A stretch of DNA of 64,000 bases from Adineta vaga (GCA_021613535.1 CP075497.1:12214001-12278000); one strand, 5' to 3'. Positions 44,182-58,739 are shown, counted from the stretch's first letter. Notes: generated by a model from the letters alone, not told the origin. Numbers and translations are program-made.

Positions 44182-46452
44182 ATGTCAGCTTTAATTCGAT
44201 TCGGACTCCTCTTCTTCATTCCTAATATCGTTTGTCAAGTCATTCCACTTCGTTTTGATTTTGCAATAGATCAATTACGTTCAAAACAACATTATACATC
44301 TCTTGATATAGATAATTATCTAGAATACAATTTCACACCCGATGAGTTACTAGAAAGAATGTCGTCTTCATTGTCTAATAATAAGACAAATGAATGTGAT
44401 CATGATTTTGAAATGATTCTTCAAGCAGTCATGAAACGTGAAATGTGGGCAATTAAGATAATTGATGCATGGGGTAAACCATTACCATCAGGTGTACTTA
44501 CAGGTAATGTTTATTGGGTTGGGAATTATGATGAATGTTTACAAGATGCTTATTCTCCAACAAATAAATCGTTTCTATTACAACCATTCAAAACGCAATA
44601 TTGTGAGTAGTGTAGAACGATTTTTAATAATAAACTCTAAAAAATAAATACGGGATTTTTTTCAGGTACACTTTTACCTAAACCACCAAAACCAAATGCA
44701 ACAATGCCTCTTGGTATTACTCTTGGTCTTTGTCTTCCATCATCATGTGATCGAGAATCAATCATCACTTTGTTAGATATGATTTTCAAGAAGAGTAATA
44801 TTACAAAAAATGATCTTATCTGTACGAATGATCCTGCTTATGGACAACAAGGTTTAGCACCTAGTGCTATAGCGACTTGTATTGTTATTTCATTTTTGGC
44901 TTTTGTTGTTCTATTGGGTACTATTGTTGATCTTATTCTTATTTTCCAACAACAACAATCAACTGATGATTTAGCATCAGATATCAATGGTTATAATCAC
45001 TTTAACGATATAGATTTTACTGAATTTCAATTTGTCAAAACATCGAAAAAACAGACACGTTTCTTTTTTCAATCGTTTATTAATCCAACATCACGTACAA
45101 GTTTCTTAGCTGAGTTCTCAGCGATAGGAACATTACGTCGAATCTTCACAATGAAAATGAAAAATAATGATGATTCCTTTACATTTATTAATGGTATTCG
45201 AGTATTATCTCTCTTTTGGGTTATCATTGGTCATTCAATTGCTTTCGGTTTATCTTATACAAATAATATAGTTGATGTTATTGTTTGGACTCGTAATATA
45301 GCATTTCAATTAATTATCAATGCATTACTTAGTGTTGATACATTTTTTGTACTAAGTGGATTTCTAACAGCTATTCTATTTATTCGACAAGTAAAGAAAG
45401 AAGAAAAACTTTCATTTCGTCTTCTTGTTCTCTATTATGTTCATCGATATATTCGATTGACACCAACATTATTACTTGTAATATTAGTTAGTATCAACTT
45501 GACACCATATTTTGGTCAAGGTCCTGTTTATCCAAGTCAAACCGGTTTTGAATCAGATGATTGTCGTTATGTGCATTGGTGGACATCAATTCTTTATATT
45601 GGTAATTTTATTAATCCACATGAAATGTGTTTAGGTATTACTTGGTATCTTCATAATGATATGCAATTTCATTGGATTGCACCATTAGCTTTAGTTCCAT
45701 TTGTACTTGGACGAAAATCAATATCATTCATCATTGCTACACTTTTTGTTCTAATTGGAATTGTATCAATCTTAGGCATTCTTCTTTATTATCCTGACAT
45801 GTCAGTTGATGTACTTGAAGCATTTACAGATAAAGTAAGTTCTTATTTTTCAACATAGTTCTAACATAACTGATTTATGCTTTAGCCTGGTCCTACCTTT
45901 TACAAAAATATTTATATTACTCCATGGTGTCGTATATCTGCATATGCAATTGGTCTCCTTACTGGTTTTATTGTTACTAATCTTGGACGAGAATATCGGC
46001 TCAATAAACTGACGAAAATCTTTGGATCAATAATAAGCATTATTCTTGTTGTTCTTTGTCTATTTACAAATTATCCGGAATATATTCTTGCATCAGGACT
46101 TAATCGGTCAATCGTTGTTGCATATCAATCATTGGCACGAACATTTTGGGCTATTGTTATTGGATGGATATTGTTTTTGTGTAGTACTTATCAAGGTGGA
46201 TTAGTTAATAAGATACTTTCATGGCCAATTTGGGCTCCACTAGCACGACTCAATTATTCATGCTATTTAATACATTCGACTGTTCTTCATACGATGATAT
46301 ATAGTCAACGGATGCCTTTCTTTTATCAACCGCATCTTGTTGTAAATAATTTTGTTTCTCAAATCTTTTTTAGTTATTTAGCAGCTATTCTCGTTTCGAT
46401 CTTTTTCGAAACTCCATTTTTTGTTCTCGAAAAGAAATTATTCAAACGCTGA
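44182..46452 (+). CDS. NRF-6-like / O-acyltransferase-like protein (NRF domain plus Acyl_transf_3)
   Basis: Three exons; signal peptide, WAIKIIDAWGKPLPSGVLTGN..WVGNYDEC, NGIRVLSLFWVIIGH, SVDTFFVLSG, HRYIRLTP, TWYLHNDMQF, LARLNYSCYLIH, ETPF. Confidence 0.93.
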
Positions 46453-46644
46453 TGAATATTTATATAAAATTATTCTGCAAAACATCAATTCCATGAAATT
46501 CTCATACAGAAAAAGGAAAACAAAGAGATAAATACCACTCTCACCTTTTAAAACGTGAATTCTGAGATGATGTGCTGATAATGTCATCTTTATATTGTCA
46601 CGATAATATTATCTAACTCTGTATGATTAAAACTCACTGTATCA

Positions 46645-48339
46645 TCAAATACGTATAGTAATTTCATTCAAACAATTGTTGTTTCGTTCTATTGAACGTA
46701 CCGATGGTAAAGAATTCTTTAACCATTGAACAAGTTCATCATTATTATTCGTTGATACACATCGAGAATAATATTTTTCATCTTCACATTGAACATATAA
46801 TGACAAAAGATTTACCATATTTTGTACAAGATAAACAATACTTTCGCGATTTATTACTTTAATACAGAGAGTTGCACATTGAATACCTAATGGTGAATGA
46901 CATAATTGAATGCATTCATCATCATTGAAATGATAATAATATTCATTGAAATTTAGTTCACGAATCGATCTATGTTGATAGTGAAATAGTGATTTTTGCA
47001 AAGGTAACGGTGCATGATGATATAGATTTAGACTATGAAGATTAGGTGCATGATCGAGTAAAGTTTGAATCTTTGATTGATAAATATCAGCTAGAAACAA
47101 AATCGCAAGTGCTCTCAATCGATTTAAAGTTGGAACAGTAAACCAAAATTGGTCATGACAATGAAATTGAATACTTATGTATTCAATATCGGATACGTGA
47201 ATTTTTGATGTCGTTGGTTTATGATCAAACGTTATACCAGTGTACCACATTTGATGATCGTTATGTTGATCAGTGAATTTAAATGATCGAGAAAATTTGT
47301 CAATGTTATTATCAAATGTACTCGATAGATAAATCGTGTTTTTTTCTACGAAACATTGAAATGCCCATTGTTGTTTATCAATCCAGAATGGGCTTTGATA
47401 TGATTTGATTAAATGATCAGCAAATTTTAGAATATCTGGAACAGAAAACAATGAATATTCCATATGATATTGAAGATATTTAAGATTCAGTAAATAATTA
47501 GAAATGATTTCTTTCCATTGATAACCATAAATGATTGCTGCTTTAGAATATAAATTTAAACGACGTAAATTAGGCAAATGTCGAAGGAATTCTATTATTA
47601 CTGGCACCGTACCATCTTTAATCCATAAGTTTAATTGTAATAATGATGAAATAGTTTGTGGTACATAACCATAATTGACCGAAAAATCAATCGAGGCGGA
47701 AAGATTCTTCAGACGTGGTGTAAAGTGAAATAGTTGATTTATTTCATTCAATTTAAGTTCATTGATATAAATGCATAAATTCTCGATTGTCAGAGAGATT
47801 ATTTGTGGAAGAACAAACATTACTTTCTCTTTCGCGCATAGATGAATGTTACATTGAATTAGTTTTGATAAACTCCAAATATTATTGATAATTAATTGGA
47901 AATTTGTTACAGTTTCAGGATTATCATAGAAATGAACTTGTAAATAAGTTAAATTAGACAGATGATGACATTGATTCAAGATTTCCATTGATTTATCATA
48001 TGGACGAAAACTAGTTATGAAAAGTGAATGCAAACGAGTCAATTGATTTGAATAGGAAGAGAACATATTTATCTGTCCAAGTGTTTGATTTGAAGCAAGA
48101 AGTTGAAGAGAAATAATTCTATCAATAAGAAATGGTAAATGTTGTTTACAAATCATATCGAAATGATGTTGAGATATATTTTTAAAATTGAAATCATAAT
48201 TACGAAATTGTCGATAGAGAAGATTTTTTAAACGAATATTCAAACCATAAAAACTTTGAAGAAGATGAATACTATTGACATAATCGAATATATTCAATAT
48301 AATCTCGTTAGGTAACCATTCAAAATTAGTTTTATTCAT
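46645..48339 (-). CDS. F-box plus degenerate LRR protein
   Basis: Likely ATG at 48339 (MNKTNFEWLPNEIILNIFDY...SFYGLN.R), followed by LxxLxxLxL repeats; intronless. Confidence 0.82.
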   Translation of the reverse strand: MNKTNFEWLPNEIILNIFDYVNSIHLLQSFYGLNIRLKNLLYRQFRNYDFNFKNISQHHFDMICKQHLPFLIDRIISLQLLASNQTLGQINMFSSYSNQLTRLHSLFITSFRPYDKSMEILNQCHHLSNLTYLQVHFYDNPETVTNFQLIINNIWSLSKLIQCNIHLCAKEKVMFVLPQIISLTIENLCIYINELKLNEINQLFHFTPRLKNLSASIDFSVNYGYVPQTISSLLQLNLWIKDGTVPVIIEFLRHLPNLRRLNLYSKAAIIYGYQWKEIISNYLLNLKYLQYHMEYSLFSVPDILKFADHLIKSYQSPFWIDKQQWAFQCFVEKNTIYLSSTFDNNIDKFSRSFKFTDQHNDHQMWYTGITFDHKPTTSKIHVSDIEYISIQFHCHDQFWFTVPTLNRLRALAILFLADIYQSKIQTLLDHAPNLHSLNLYHHAPLPLQKSLFHYQHRSIRELNFNEYYYHFNDDECIQLCHSPLGIQCATLCIKVINRESIVYLVQNMVNLLSLYVQCEDEKYYSRCVSTNNNDELVQWLKNSLPSVRSIERNNNCLNEITIRI

Positions 48340-49156
48340 TACTTGATTTTGATATATGTAAAAATGTCGCAAGAAAAGATTTGATGTGTAGTAAACGTGG
48401 AAGAACAAAACAAATTTTGAATCATACATTGGTATATACTTATTCTTTACCAATTGTAAGGAAAGACAGACGTTTTCAGGTAAAAAAACGCAACCAATTA
48501 GCTGTAGAGGTAAAAGAATCACCTATGAATTCATGACTAAACGTTGCAAACATGACAAATGTATATCAATACTTCATTTATCAGAGACAATAGTTTGTAT
48601 TACAAAATGGGTATATATTAAATCCTGTCAGTCTCATATAGTTCCAACTGAAACTGGTTAATTAGTCTTTTTTAGTTTCATGTAGATATGAAAACTGAGT
48701 TGATGAAAATACGTGAAGACGTTTGCAATTTGAATTTCATATATTTGGTTCTGACATGCTTTAGTTCGACGAGTAAATTCTATTCTGTCAAGAAAAGATA
48801 CAAATTCGATTAACGTTTTATTATTAGAAATCCATATATTGCTTCAAAGGTTCAATGAATTTCACTTCCAGTCTTTCAACTATAAAATCATGTTCAGACA
48901 CATAAAGCTATGATTGCAATGTGGATCGTTAAATTTACTCATGTACTTTTGATAGATGTTAGCTAAAAGAATTGTATAATCTCTTATATGACGAGCGCAT
49001 TTTTATAGATGGAAATTATTATTGATATGTCTTGTGACGAATCTTTATCCTTTAGAAACATTTCTCTAACAATTTATTCTCTCTAATAGCTTGAGTATTC
49101 ATTTTTGTTGAATTGAAAAATTTTTTTAGTGTTTTTTTTCTGAACAGAAGGCATAT

Positions 49157-50104
49157 TTAGTTGATTGCTGTTTGTCCCCTTCTTGTTGCTGCTAACTCTA
49201 GTGTTCCTTCAGGAAAAATCACTTGTCGCTTTCGCCAACATAAAATCATTTGTCTCAGCTTATGTCGAAGTTCCGAAGATGATACAAAGCATATGAATGG
49301 ATATAGATGTGTCGCATAATCACGAAGCATGAATGCATTTGTCAAATGTATTCCTACTGTATCATAGGAAAGGCCATATCTTAGTGCAAAAATTATCATT
49401 GCCCATGGAGCATCGCAAACTAAATAAAAAAGTGAAGTAAGTAACATTTGAATAGTCATTTTGCGATGCTTTCGCCATTGAATGGATTGATTTAATCGTT
49501 GTTTTTGTCTGATAGTACGTACCACAAGAGTCAAACTGAATAAAGCAATTATAAATATTGCGACAATATGATGAAGAATGAGCTCCCATAATCCTAAGAA
49601 TTCATTATCCAATGAACAAGGATTCGTGGTAATTCCAGCAAGAATATCATCCACTGAATTTTGACAAAATGGAACAAACGTAATTACAGAAGAAAAAGTA
49701 AGATAATACATAAGTAGGATAATAATGGGTAGATAATGAAGAAAGAAACGTTTTGATTTCGTTCGTAACCATCGATCATGAAAGATGAGTATATGTCGTT
49801 CGATCGTTGCCCAAACAACAAATATTATTTGTGTAGTATACAATGCATAGTCAATGAAAAACCAAATAAGATAATATAAAACTGGATTCCATGAAAGATC
49901 ACCAATGAAATAGATATAAATGTTATAGAGAAGATTTGAAACACTACGTATAAAGACAATAATAAGAAGAACGATAATAATATGATTATGAAGAGCACGA
50001 CGAAGTATACGATCGAAAAGAAGAAATGATATAGCAAAGAAAGAACTAATTATAGATAGAATATTTGCAGCTCGAGCAACCCAAAATTCTGGTGGTAGAG
50101 ACAT
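49157..50104 (-). CDS. Class A 7TM GPCR
   Basis: Intronless 315 aa; WATIERHILIFH (DRY-like), WRKHRKMTIQML, YPFICF..SSELR. Confidence 0.88.
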   Translation of the reverse strand: MSLPPEFWVARAANILSIISSFFAISFLLFDRILRRALHNHIIIVLLIIVFIRSVSNLLYNIYIYFIGDLSWNPVLYYLIWFFIDYALYTTQIIFVVWATIERHILIFHDRWLRTKSKRFFLHYLPIIILLMYYLTFSSVITFVPFCQNSVDDILAGITTNPCSLDNEFLGLWELILHHIVAIFIIALFSLTLVVRTIRQKQRLNQSIQWRKHRKMTIQMLLTSLFYLVCDAPWAMIIFALRYGLSYDTVGIHLTNAFMLRDYATHLYPFICFVSSSELRHKLRQMILCWRKRQVIFPEGTLELAATRRGQTAIN

Positions 50105-51214
50105 TACCAGTCTGAAATCATAATTTATTTGTCAGTGGTAGAATGTTTTTGTTTTGACTGTAAGTAATGAAATGACAAGTGTGAAGTCATAGATGTAAAT
50201 TTCATGTAGAGAAAAAATAAAAGCATTTTATAGATTTTTTTTCTTTAATAATTTACATAGAAAGATTCTCTATAGAAAACGAACTACGTAAAAAATAATC
50301 GGTAATTTATTCATATTAATAATCTTCAAAGTTTAATTAATAACCCATAAAATTTTCATGCTGTATCTCTACTATATATTGTTTTCTATTTTCCAAAATC
50401 AATATCGACAGGAACTATCGCTATTCTTCCCTTTTTTTCGTAATATAATTCGAGGAAAGAGTTCATAATATCAAATGTTTTCATCGATCGTTTTTCGCAC
50501 TCTTTGTGACGTTCACATCGCCTGTAACCAAACACCTTTAGTTGTAAATAATATCGTTTTTCGAATCTTTTTCTAGTCTTGAAAAGAAGCTGTTTACATA
50601 TTGAATTTAGTTTTTTCTTACGTCAAATGATATCAATTGTAATTATTCAAAGATTAAAAATAACGTGGTTACAATAGACACACTGTTCACGTAAAGAAAA
50701 TGGATAAAAGATAGAAATATAAGCGGACGATGGAAACGAACAAAGTGACTAGCATGAGTTGCATCACGAAAAACCAACAGAAACAGTATCCCAGTTATCC
50801 GAAAAAGTGACATAATAATGTAAGATTGAACAACATGTGTTTTTTATCCTAATTTAGAACTATGACACAATTTCAAAAGCATAGAAGAAGAAACGAATAA
50901 AATCTCTATCTAATGAGAAAATATACATAAACATTGTGTTCATACATCTGGTGAAAGATGGATCTTGGAAAGAATTCAAATTTATTCAGTAGTCATATTT
51001 GTGCTAATTTTATTGTGTCACTTTATTTTTATTTTTATTTACTAGCGCTATCTATCGTATTGTATCATACATATTGAGGTCCGTTACCTGACGCTTTTCA
51101 ATTTAAAATGACTGTTAACAATTCTTTTCTACGTAAACAATAGTGTAATCTGACTCTTGCACTGTTATTGATGATTGTTGTTGTTGTTGGTATAGAGATT
51201 GATTGATATAAGTC

Positions 51215-54200
51215 ATGCTTCGCTCGTCAAATGGTCTTCTTGATCATTCATCATCATCATCAAGTGTTTACAATTACAAAACACTCAATGAAATGGCAAC
51301 GAGACCGACAAGTGCGAGAACATTAAATCAATCAACAATAAAATCGAATAATAGATTGAATAAAAATAATAAAACTTTACTAAAAAAACCACTTGGTGAA
51401 CAATGCTCACATGTTTCTTTACCTCCAGCTTTCAATCACATATCGATACGTGATATGATCATTGAAGGAAACTGGAAATTACAAAATAACACTATTGATC
51501 ATACAAAATGTAAATTAATGGGTATTGAAAATTTAGTTCTTATCTGTCATGATATTATGGATCAGACACAAGGAATAATTCGATTGAAACAACAAGAACA
51601 ACGAATGTCTTTCATCAGTTGTAAATTATGGTTATTAATTAGACTTGATACTTATAGAACTTTAACAGATGCTGATCGTGCTGTTCTCAATCGTGCTCAT
51701 ATCTATGATTTAATGACGATTGTTTTCGAAGCTGCATCAACAAGTACATCAATCTCTCAACTTGTTCGTATTTGGCGTGAAGCTTCTGAACATATCAAAC
51801 AACAATGTCCTTCTACATCTCTTAATGAATATAAAATCTCATATGAAACTGCTTTTCGCCATTTAATTCATACACCTGACAATTCACTTCTTCAAATTGC
51901 ACTTCATGCGTCACTTCTAACCGGTCATAGTCGAATGGATTTACAAAATTTAGGTGAAAAATTCGGTGTGAAAAGAGGTCAATTTGATATGGGTTCAATT
52001 CGAGATTCGATCCAACATTTTCAAGATTTCATTAAATTTTTACGTGAACAAAAACTAACACAAGAACGTGAACAACAAACTGTAGATACAAATAAATTAC
52101 CCTATAGACCACGAAAAAAACGAGGTCTCAATGCAAATGTTTCAGGCACGAAATTTTCAGCTGGTAAGTTGTTTTGATTAGAACATTTCAAGTGCTTCAT
52201 CATTTAAAAGTCATTGGATGACATACTCAATACATTGAAAGAACATTTGATTTGTTTTAATACAAACAAAATAATAATTTCTTTTCCAATACTTTAAGTT
52301 CGTCTCGCTGCTGATATTTTTGGATGTGCTATAAGTTCGGAAAATGATTTTACTACTAATCTGATATGGAATGATACATTAATATCCATGGAAATTGTAT
52401 CTGCACTTAAACCTTATCAAAAAATTAATCATTTTCCAACAATGAGTGAAATATCACGAAAAGATTTATTAGCAAAAAATTTTGACAAGTATTTTCGAAT
52501 TCTTTTTCTTTTTCTATCTTTGAATGTAAATCTTTTAAAGATTATCACGTGTATTACCCGATGAATATAACTATACACCAAGAACATGGGTATTACCAAA
52601 TGAATATAATATTTGGTATTCATATGCATCAAGTAAACCAAAAACAGAATCATCTGCGTACATTCTTAAACCAAATAATGGTGCTATGGGTCATGGGTAA
52701 GGTTTGTTTTTTCTAAATTATCAATAATCTTCTTCTTCTTCTTCCTTATCGATGTATTCAAGTCTGTTGTGATTATGAACGAATTCAACCAATGGATAAT
52801 TATATTATTCAAGAATATCTTCCTGATCCTTATTTAATCGAAGGTTTTAAATTCGGTAAAATGATTAGTTTTTCATATGAATTCATATTTTTCGACTTCT
52901 TTCAAATAAGATCTTCGAATCTATGCATTAGTGACATCCTGTGATCCACTACGAATATTTATTTTCAATAATGGTCTTGTTCGAATGAGTACAGAAAAAT
53001 ATGAAAAACCTAATCGAAAAAACGCTGTAAGTTTTATTAAATTCTAAGCATGATTCGTTTTTCTATAGAAGAAACTTTGTTTAGTCTCATCTCTATATGC
53101 ATTTAACGAATTATTCAGTGAATAAATATAATGTTGATTATGAAATAAGTAAATCCAATACTAATGCAGAAAATACAGGAAGTAAACGTTCATTAAAATA
53201 CTTATTTGATTATTTACGATCACAAAAAGAAGATGCAACGAAACTCTGGAAAGATATTCAAGTAAAGCGAAAGAGTTTTTCGAAAGAAACCAAACATTTA
53301 TATATATCTTTTTAGATGGTTGTGATAAAAACCGTCTTCCTTGCTCAACCACATTTATTCAATGCCTATCGAATGTGTCGTCCTGGTGCATCACCGGCGA
53401 GTGAAAGTGTCTGTTTTGAATTACTTGGTTTTGATATATTAATTGATCAAAATTTGAAACCATGGGTACTCGAAGTAAGTAGTGAATGGGAATATGTGGA
53501 AAAACATCGAAATCACTATCGTATCTTAAGGTAAATCGTTGTCCAAGTTTTGGTACCGGTGAACAGATTGATTTTGATATCAAAATGAAATTATTACTTG
53601 ATACATTCGAATTACTTCGTTTTCGAACATCAGATCGAAAGAAAAGTCTTGCAATTGAAAAAGCTGAAGCTCAACGTCGTTTATATACAAATATGGGTAA
53701 AACAAGTCGATTATTCGATGATTCAGCATTACATTTTTCCAATGGAAATTATTCCGATCTTAGAAGTCGACAAAGAAAACTTGCAGATATCGTATGTTAT
53801 CACTTTCCTTTTCGAACTTTTACTAAAACGTTCGTTTTATTTAGAAAGAAAAATTATATCTTCTTCATCGTGAAACAGCTCGTGAAACATTTGAAAATCG
53901 TCATTTAGGTGATTTTATTCGTCTTTTTCCCGTGGAAGATAGTATTCGTATGAGTGAATTAATGAATTTATTAACAAAATGTTTTGATGTTTTATATACA
54001 AATAAAAAAGATTTATCTTGGAGTAATAAATATTATAATCGTTATAAAGAAGATGAATTATTCGAACAATTAGCAGAATTAGAAGATTTAGAACAAAATG
54101 ATGAAAAACGAACTTCACGATTAGCTCACGTAAGTATTTGATTTGATTAGAATAAAAATAAAAACAAAGATTTCTCTAACGTATGAAAAACTGAAAGATC

Positions 54201-55667
54201 GGAGAGGAAAGGATTATTTAAAAATAAACGAAAAACATTCTACTCACGATCCTTTCAGAGTGCTCCAATTAACAAAACTCCTTTTTCATCTTGGTCAGCT
54301 ATAAACTTTCCTGAAGTAAGTTTTCATCAAATACTGCACTATATTTTTGTTCGATAACTTCAATATATACATTTACATATATATATCTCACTAATTGTGT
54401 TCACTAATATTCGTATATTTATTTTGTAACATCAACGTCTCTATTTCTGCACAAATATTTGTTTGATATTCATTATTCATCTTTAGACTGTTAATAATAT
54501 TCCTGTCATAGATCGTGGATCACCATCGGCAAGTTTTGCATCTGAAGGTAGTTATAATGATGATGATGATGATGGTATTCAAACTGAAGATGAATATCAA
54601 TTCGAATCACCACCATCAACCGATTTACTAAGTAAAACATCAGCTTCAACAACAACGATAAAATCAAACAATTCTTTAATTAAAAAATATGCCTCTCAAT
54701 CTCGAACAGATGTTTCTTCCACATCGATTTCACCATTACTTCTAAGAAAACAACGACAATCACAATGTATTTCAACCACACTTCTTCAACGAACAGTTGG
54801 AAATACATCGAATCGATTTCTCGACAAAAAAGTCATTCCAAAACCAATGAATCAAAATCTTGAATCTCAATCTCGATTAGGCATGAGAAATATGAATAAT
54901 AGATCTCAAACAATTACATATACAACGATTATTCAAACACCGAGAAAAACAACGAATGTTCGATCAACAATTTATAATTCACCTAAAGTTGATTTCGAAA
55001 AAAGAAATGATTTTCTTCTTTGAAAAATAATCGAATTTCTTTCGTTTAGGAATCTCAATTGAATCCAGATGAATTGAACCGTCTTTGTCAATCAATTCTT
55101 GAACAAATGCATCAATTATGTATTCGATATCCAAATAAAACTGCTGATGAAACACGACAAATTTGTAATGAAGTTAATAAAAATTGGAATAAATATCGAA
55201 GTTCAATTGGAGAATTTTGGTTACATAGATTAGATTCACGAAAACGACAAGCAATTACTCGAATTGTTTGGAGTAATGTTCAACAAATTATCAAACAAAT
55301 TTGGAGAATTGATCAACCAATTGAACAACTTTCATTAAGTAAACATTTAATGAAATTAGAACAACGTTTATTATCAAATAATGGTCAATGTTTATGGGAG
55401 ATTTGTCAAAATAAACATAAGTATTTCATTGCAAATACAAATCTAATCTTGTTTTTCATTGATTTTCTATTGCATTTTAGTTCATGGTCAACAACATTAA
55501 TGTCAAATACAATTCGTCTAACTCCCATTGAATTATCTTGCTGTAATCGTTTTGTTGAATTATGTAAACAAGCATTATTCGTTGTTTATCGTTATTCACT
55601 TGAAGAAAAAGATGAAAAACAAAGACAACAACAAAGTGAAGGAACAACAGTCGCAGTTATTGGTTAA
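51215..55667 (+). CDS. TTLL7: Tubulin polyglutamylase TTLL7-like
   Basis: Multi-exon; [99 protein letters not shown]. Confidence 0.9.
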
Positions 55668-57086
55668 ATATATATTTCTTTTCTTTTTCCAGTTTATTAT
55701 ACACGCCGCTTTTCTATAATTAACAAATTATTTGAATATGTTAAAAAGAAAAAATACGAAAATAATACATATCAAATGTTCCTTTTTCTGGAAAATAAAA
55801 TAAAATAAAATCTTTGAATTGTATTTAAGGTTTATATGTCTTTGATGATATCTTATCGAATAATGAAGTATAGATATAAAAAGAAGCTTTCCTGAAGTCA
55901 AGCATCAATTAACAACAATATTCCACAGTTATTAGATTTTACATTATGTGATTTAAAATTCATCAAGATAATCTTGTAGTTTTGACAATTTATATTAAAT
56001 AAGTACATGTAATTTGTTTGAGTCTATTGTTTCTAATTACAGGATATCTGTAAAAAAAATTCCACGAAAATATTATTCTATCACAATCACTCTCGCTCAT
56101 TTATTTCATTGAAAAATAAAATACATAAATAAGATGACAATATATAAAATAAAAACAAAGAAAATTGTATTAAATAAATGTGATGTGAAGTGGTAATAGT
56201 GTTGGATTTTGATTATTGAATGACTTTTTATACATGGAAACTTGATCAGAATTATGTTAATAACGATAATGACCATAATATCAATACATGAATTATTATT
56301 GCTTTGTATTGTGGTCGGCATATAATAATGAGAGGAATTGGATAATGATCGTCGACACATCTCAGGTGATCTATACAAAACCACCATTGATTCTGATGCA
56401 TATCGCTGTGTTATAGCAGGCCAAGTATCATTCTTCGTTGCTGAAAATCGCCTTGATTGTCGTTATAAAATGTGAGCTTTTGATGGCATATCAACTGAAT
56501 GGTAACGCTATGTACCTATACCATCATGCTCTGTTGGAAATTACAAAACTATATCGAGTAGTACTCAGATCGTTCGCCGCTTTTATCTTTTAAAACGATC
56601 CATCAATATGCCATTATTCATTTATTCTATTCATCCGCATTCTTCATTTAATAGTTAAATATACATTTACATTAACTAAATTAAATTCCCATTCGCTTTC
56701 CAAAAAAAATATTCCATTTATTTTAATAAGACGGTGTACCTGTTTCGGAGATCGCACTGTATGTAAGATATTCCCTTGGAAAAATAAAACATCTCAGTAA
56801 CAAATAGAATAGTGAGTAAATTTAATAAACAGGTTAAAATAAATTCAACAAAAACTGTTTTCTCAATTACAATGATTCTATTCAACTCTCGATTCAGTTC
56901 TTTCCCATTTAATAATTTTCTATCAATATTTTTGTTGATTAGGTACATAACGAACGGTGAAGATTAATGAAAGATTATGAAAACAATAACTTCATTGAAT
57001 TATTTTTTCAATCCTACACATTTATCATGACAAATACATGAGAAAGGTCTACAACAAAGAACAATAAATACAAAAACAAAATTATT

Positions 57087-57530
57087 TCAATTTTTTTTCC
57101 ACCACAAAATTCTACCAACAATTGGTAAAATAACCAAGAAAGAATAAAAACATTTCACGTGACTAAGATTTTCTCTATTTAATTTCCATTGAAGTTCAAT
57201 AAAATCATCTTTGAAACCCTTCAGTTGTTTGTTCATATTTTTTGTCGTTCCCAGATCCGCCAATCTCATACTCGGATCCTATGTTGGATTTTGACGGATC
57301 CGATAGGTGAGCATAAGGCCATAAAACAATAAAGCTAAACATACCGTTCATCAAATTTGCAGCAAGTGACTGATTTTTTTTCTAGTTCATTTCGTGTTTC
57401 ATTTAAACGTAACCGTGTATCGCGAAATAATTCGATGAAGCCTTGAGTAAGAATAAATAATTCTTCTGCATCAGGTTTCTTGTCTTCAGGTGATTGGTTC
57501 CAAATGAGAAGATATTTAGTAATCATGTTT
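57087..57530 (-). pseudogene. Disrupted coiled-coil/tail-anchored protein, paralogue of 29458-29888
   Basis: EELFILTQGFIELFRDTRLRLNE versus EQLLILMQDLINSSNITKARLNE; VKCFYSFLVILPIVG versus VHCLYSLILPLPILG; interrupted by a GC-rich GGATCC-containing stretch at about 57245-57320. Confidence 0.55.
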
Positions 57531-58441
57531 AAAAACAAACAGGTAATGTCACTTGAATGCACTTACAACTATTTACATTCACTTCAGTCGTTATATACTG
57601 GTCGTGGACGATATACATACATTTCTATAGAAATGTATGTGCATTTATATGTCTATCGAAACATGAAAAACAGATGTATTTTTCTGACCATAGACAAAAG
57701 TGTCGTTAGTTGAGAGAAAAGAGAAAACGTTATTCTTTTCTCACTGATAAATAAAGTCTATCTATAAACTGATTAGAATACGAAAGAAAAAGATTCAATT
57801 AAAATTTACTTGAATTTATAAATGAATCGATTTGAAATAATGACTCCTACGAATTTCTACATGTGTTAATACCAATTATCATGAAGAGCTTTTGATTTGA
57901 AAATTCTCTTTACACTAATAAATATTATCGAGAAGATCGAACAAAGAGAAAACGAAACAATGATTGGATTATTCTGATCAACGAATTCATCATCATTTTC
58001 ATCGGTGAATTTAGTACCATTTCCATTATGAACAGTTTGTTCAAACACGTTACATGAATACCTATGTCAAGAAATTGGGAACAACTTAAAACAAAATATC
58101 GTATTTAACATACTAGTTGTCTGACATCTTTTCTAGATTTATTTAATAGACATCGAGTACGAAAAAGATTTTTTCGTTTTTACAAGAAACTGTTATCCCG
58201 ACTGAAAAAGAGGGTCATATGGGAAAAATAATTCGCTTATCTGTATGCTCATGTCAAGGTCGAATATTAAAGGTCATAAAATTAGATTTTCCAGTAATCA
58301 GAATAAAACTTGATCGCAGCGTTATCGGGGTTGGGAAACACAAGCTTGATGTTAGTTTTTCAAAATTTCTCTCAGGATCTTTTCGTGGAGAATCTTATCA
58401 GGTTTCAGGAAAATAACGTTCTTTATAAGGGCTGATCGAAA

Positions 58442-58739
58442 CACGGCTTCGCGTGGGATAGGATAGTACAAAAAAGTTCGTTCCATACCATGATTTCACA
58501 TGTAAATCAAACATTATCTTATGTGGAACATCTTTAGATCATATTCAGTTCTTCTAGTAATATCAAGTTTTTCATCAGTCAAATGATAAATATCAACAAC
58601 TACACTAATAGAGCATTTTTTTCTAACAAAATGCAAAATTTGACAAAATTCTTGTTCTATGGGCTGGAATGGGACTGAAGTTTTTCGAAAAACGTCCTAT
58701 GGGAAGCGATGTGATTATCTCATTCCAAGCGGAGCCCTG
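58442..58739. mobile_element. Degenerate hAT-like MITE (about 300 bp)
   Basis: Left CACGGCTTCGCGTGGGATAGGA versus reverse complement of right end CAGGGCTCCGCTTGGAATGAGA; internal TGGGA/TCCCA-like subterminal repeats; no TSD. Confidence 0.6.

Noticed and set aside
51080-51095. RFX X-box upstream of ciliary genes TTLL7 and CFAP36
   Set aside because: Only half-site matches (GTTACC); too weak in AT-rich DNA
56230-56530. Coding-like minus-strand stretch (also 30100-30330 and 41850-42203)
   Set aside because: Multiple stops or no recognisable family; cannot be supported without a search
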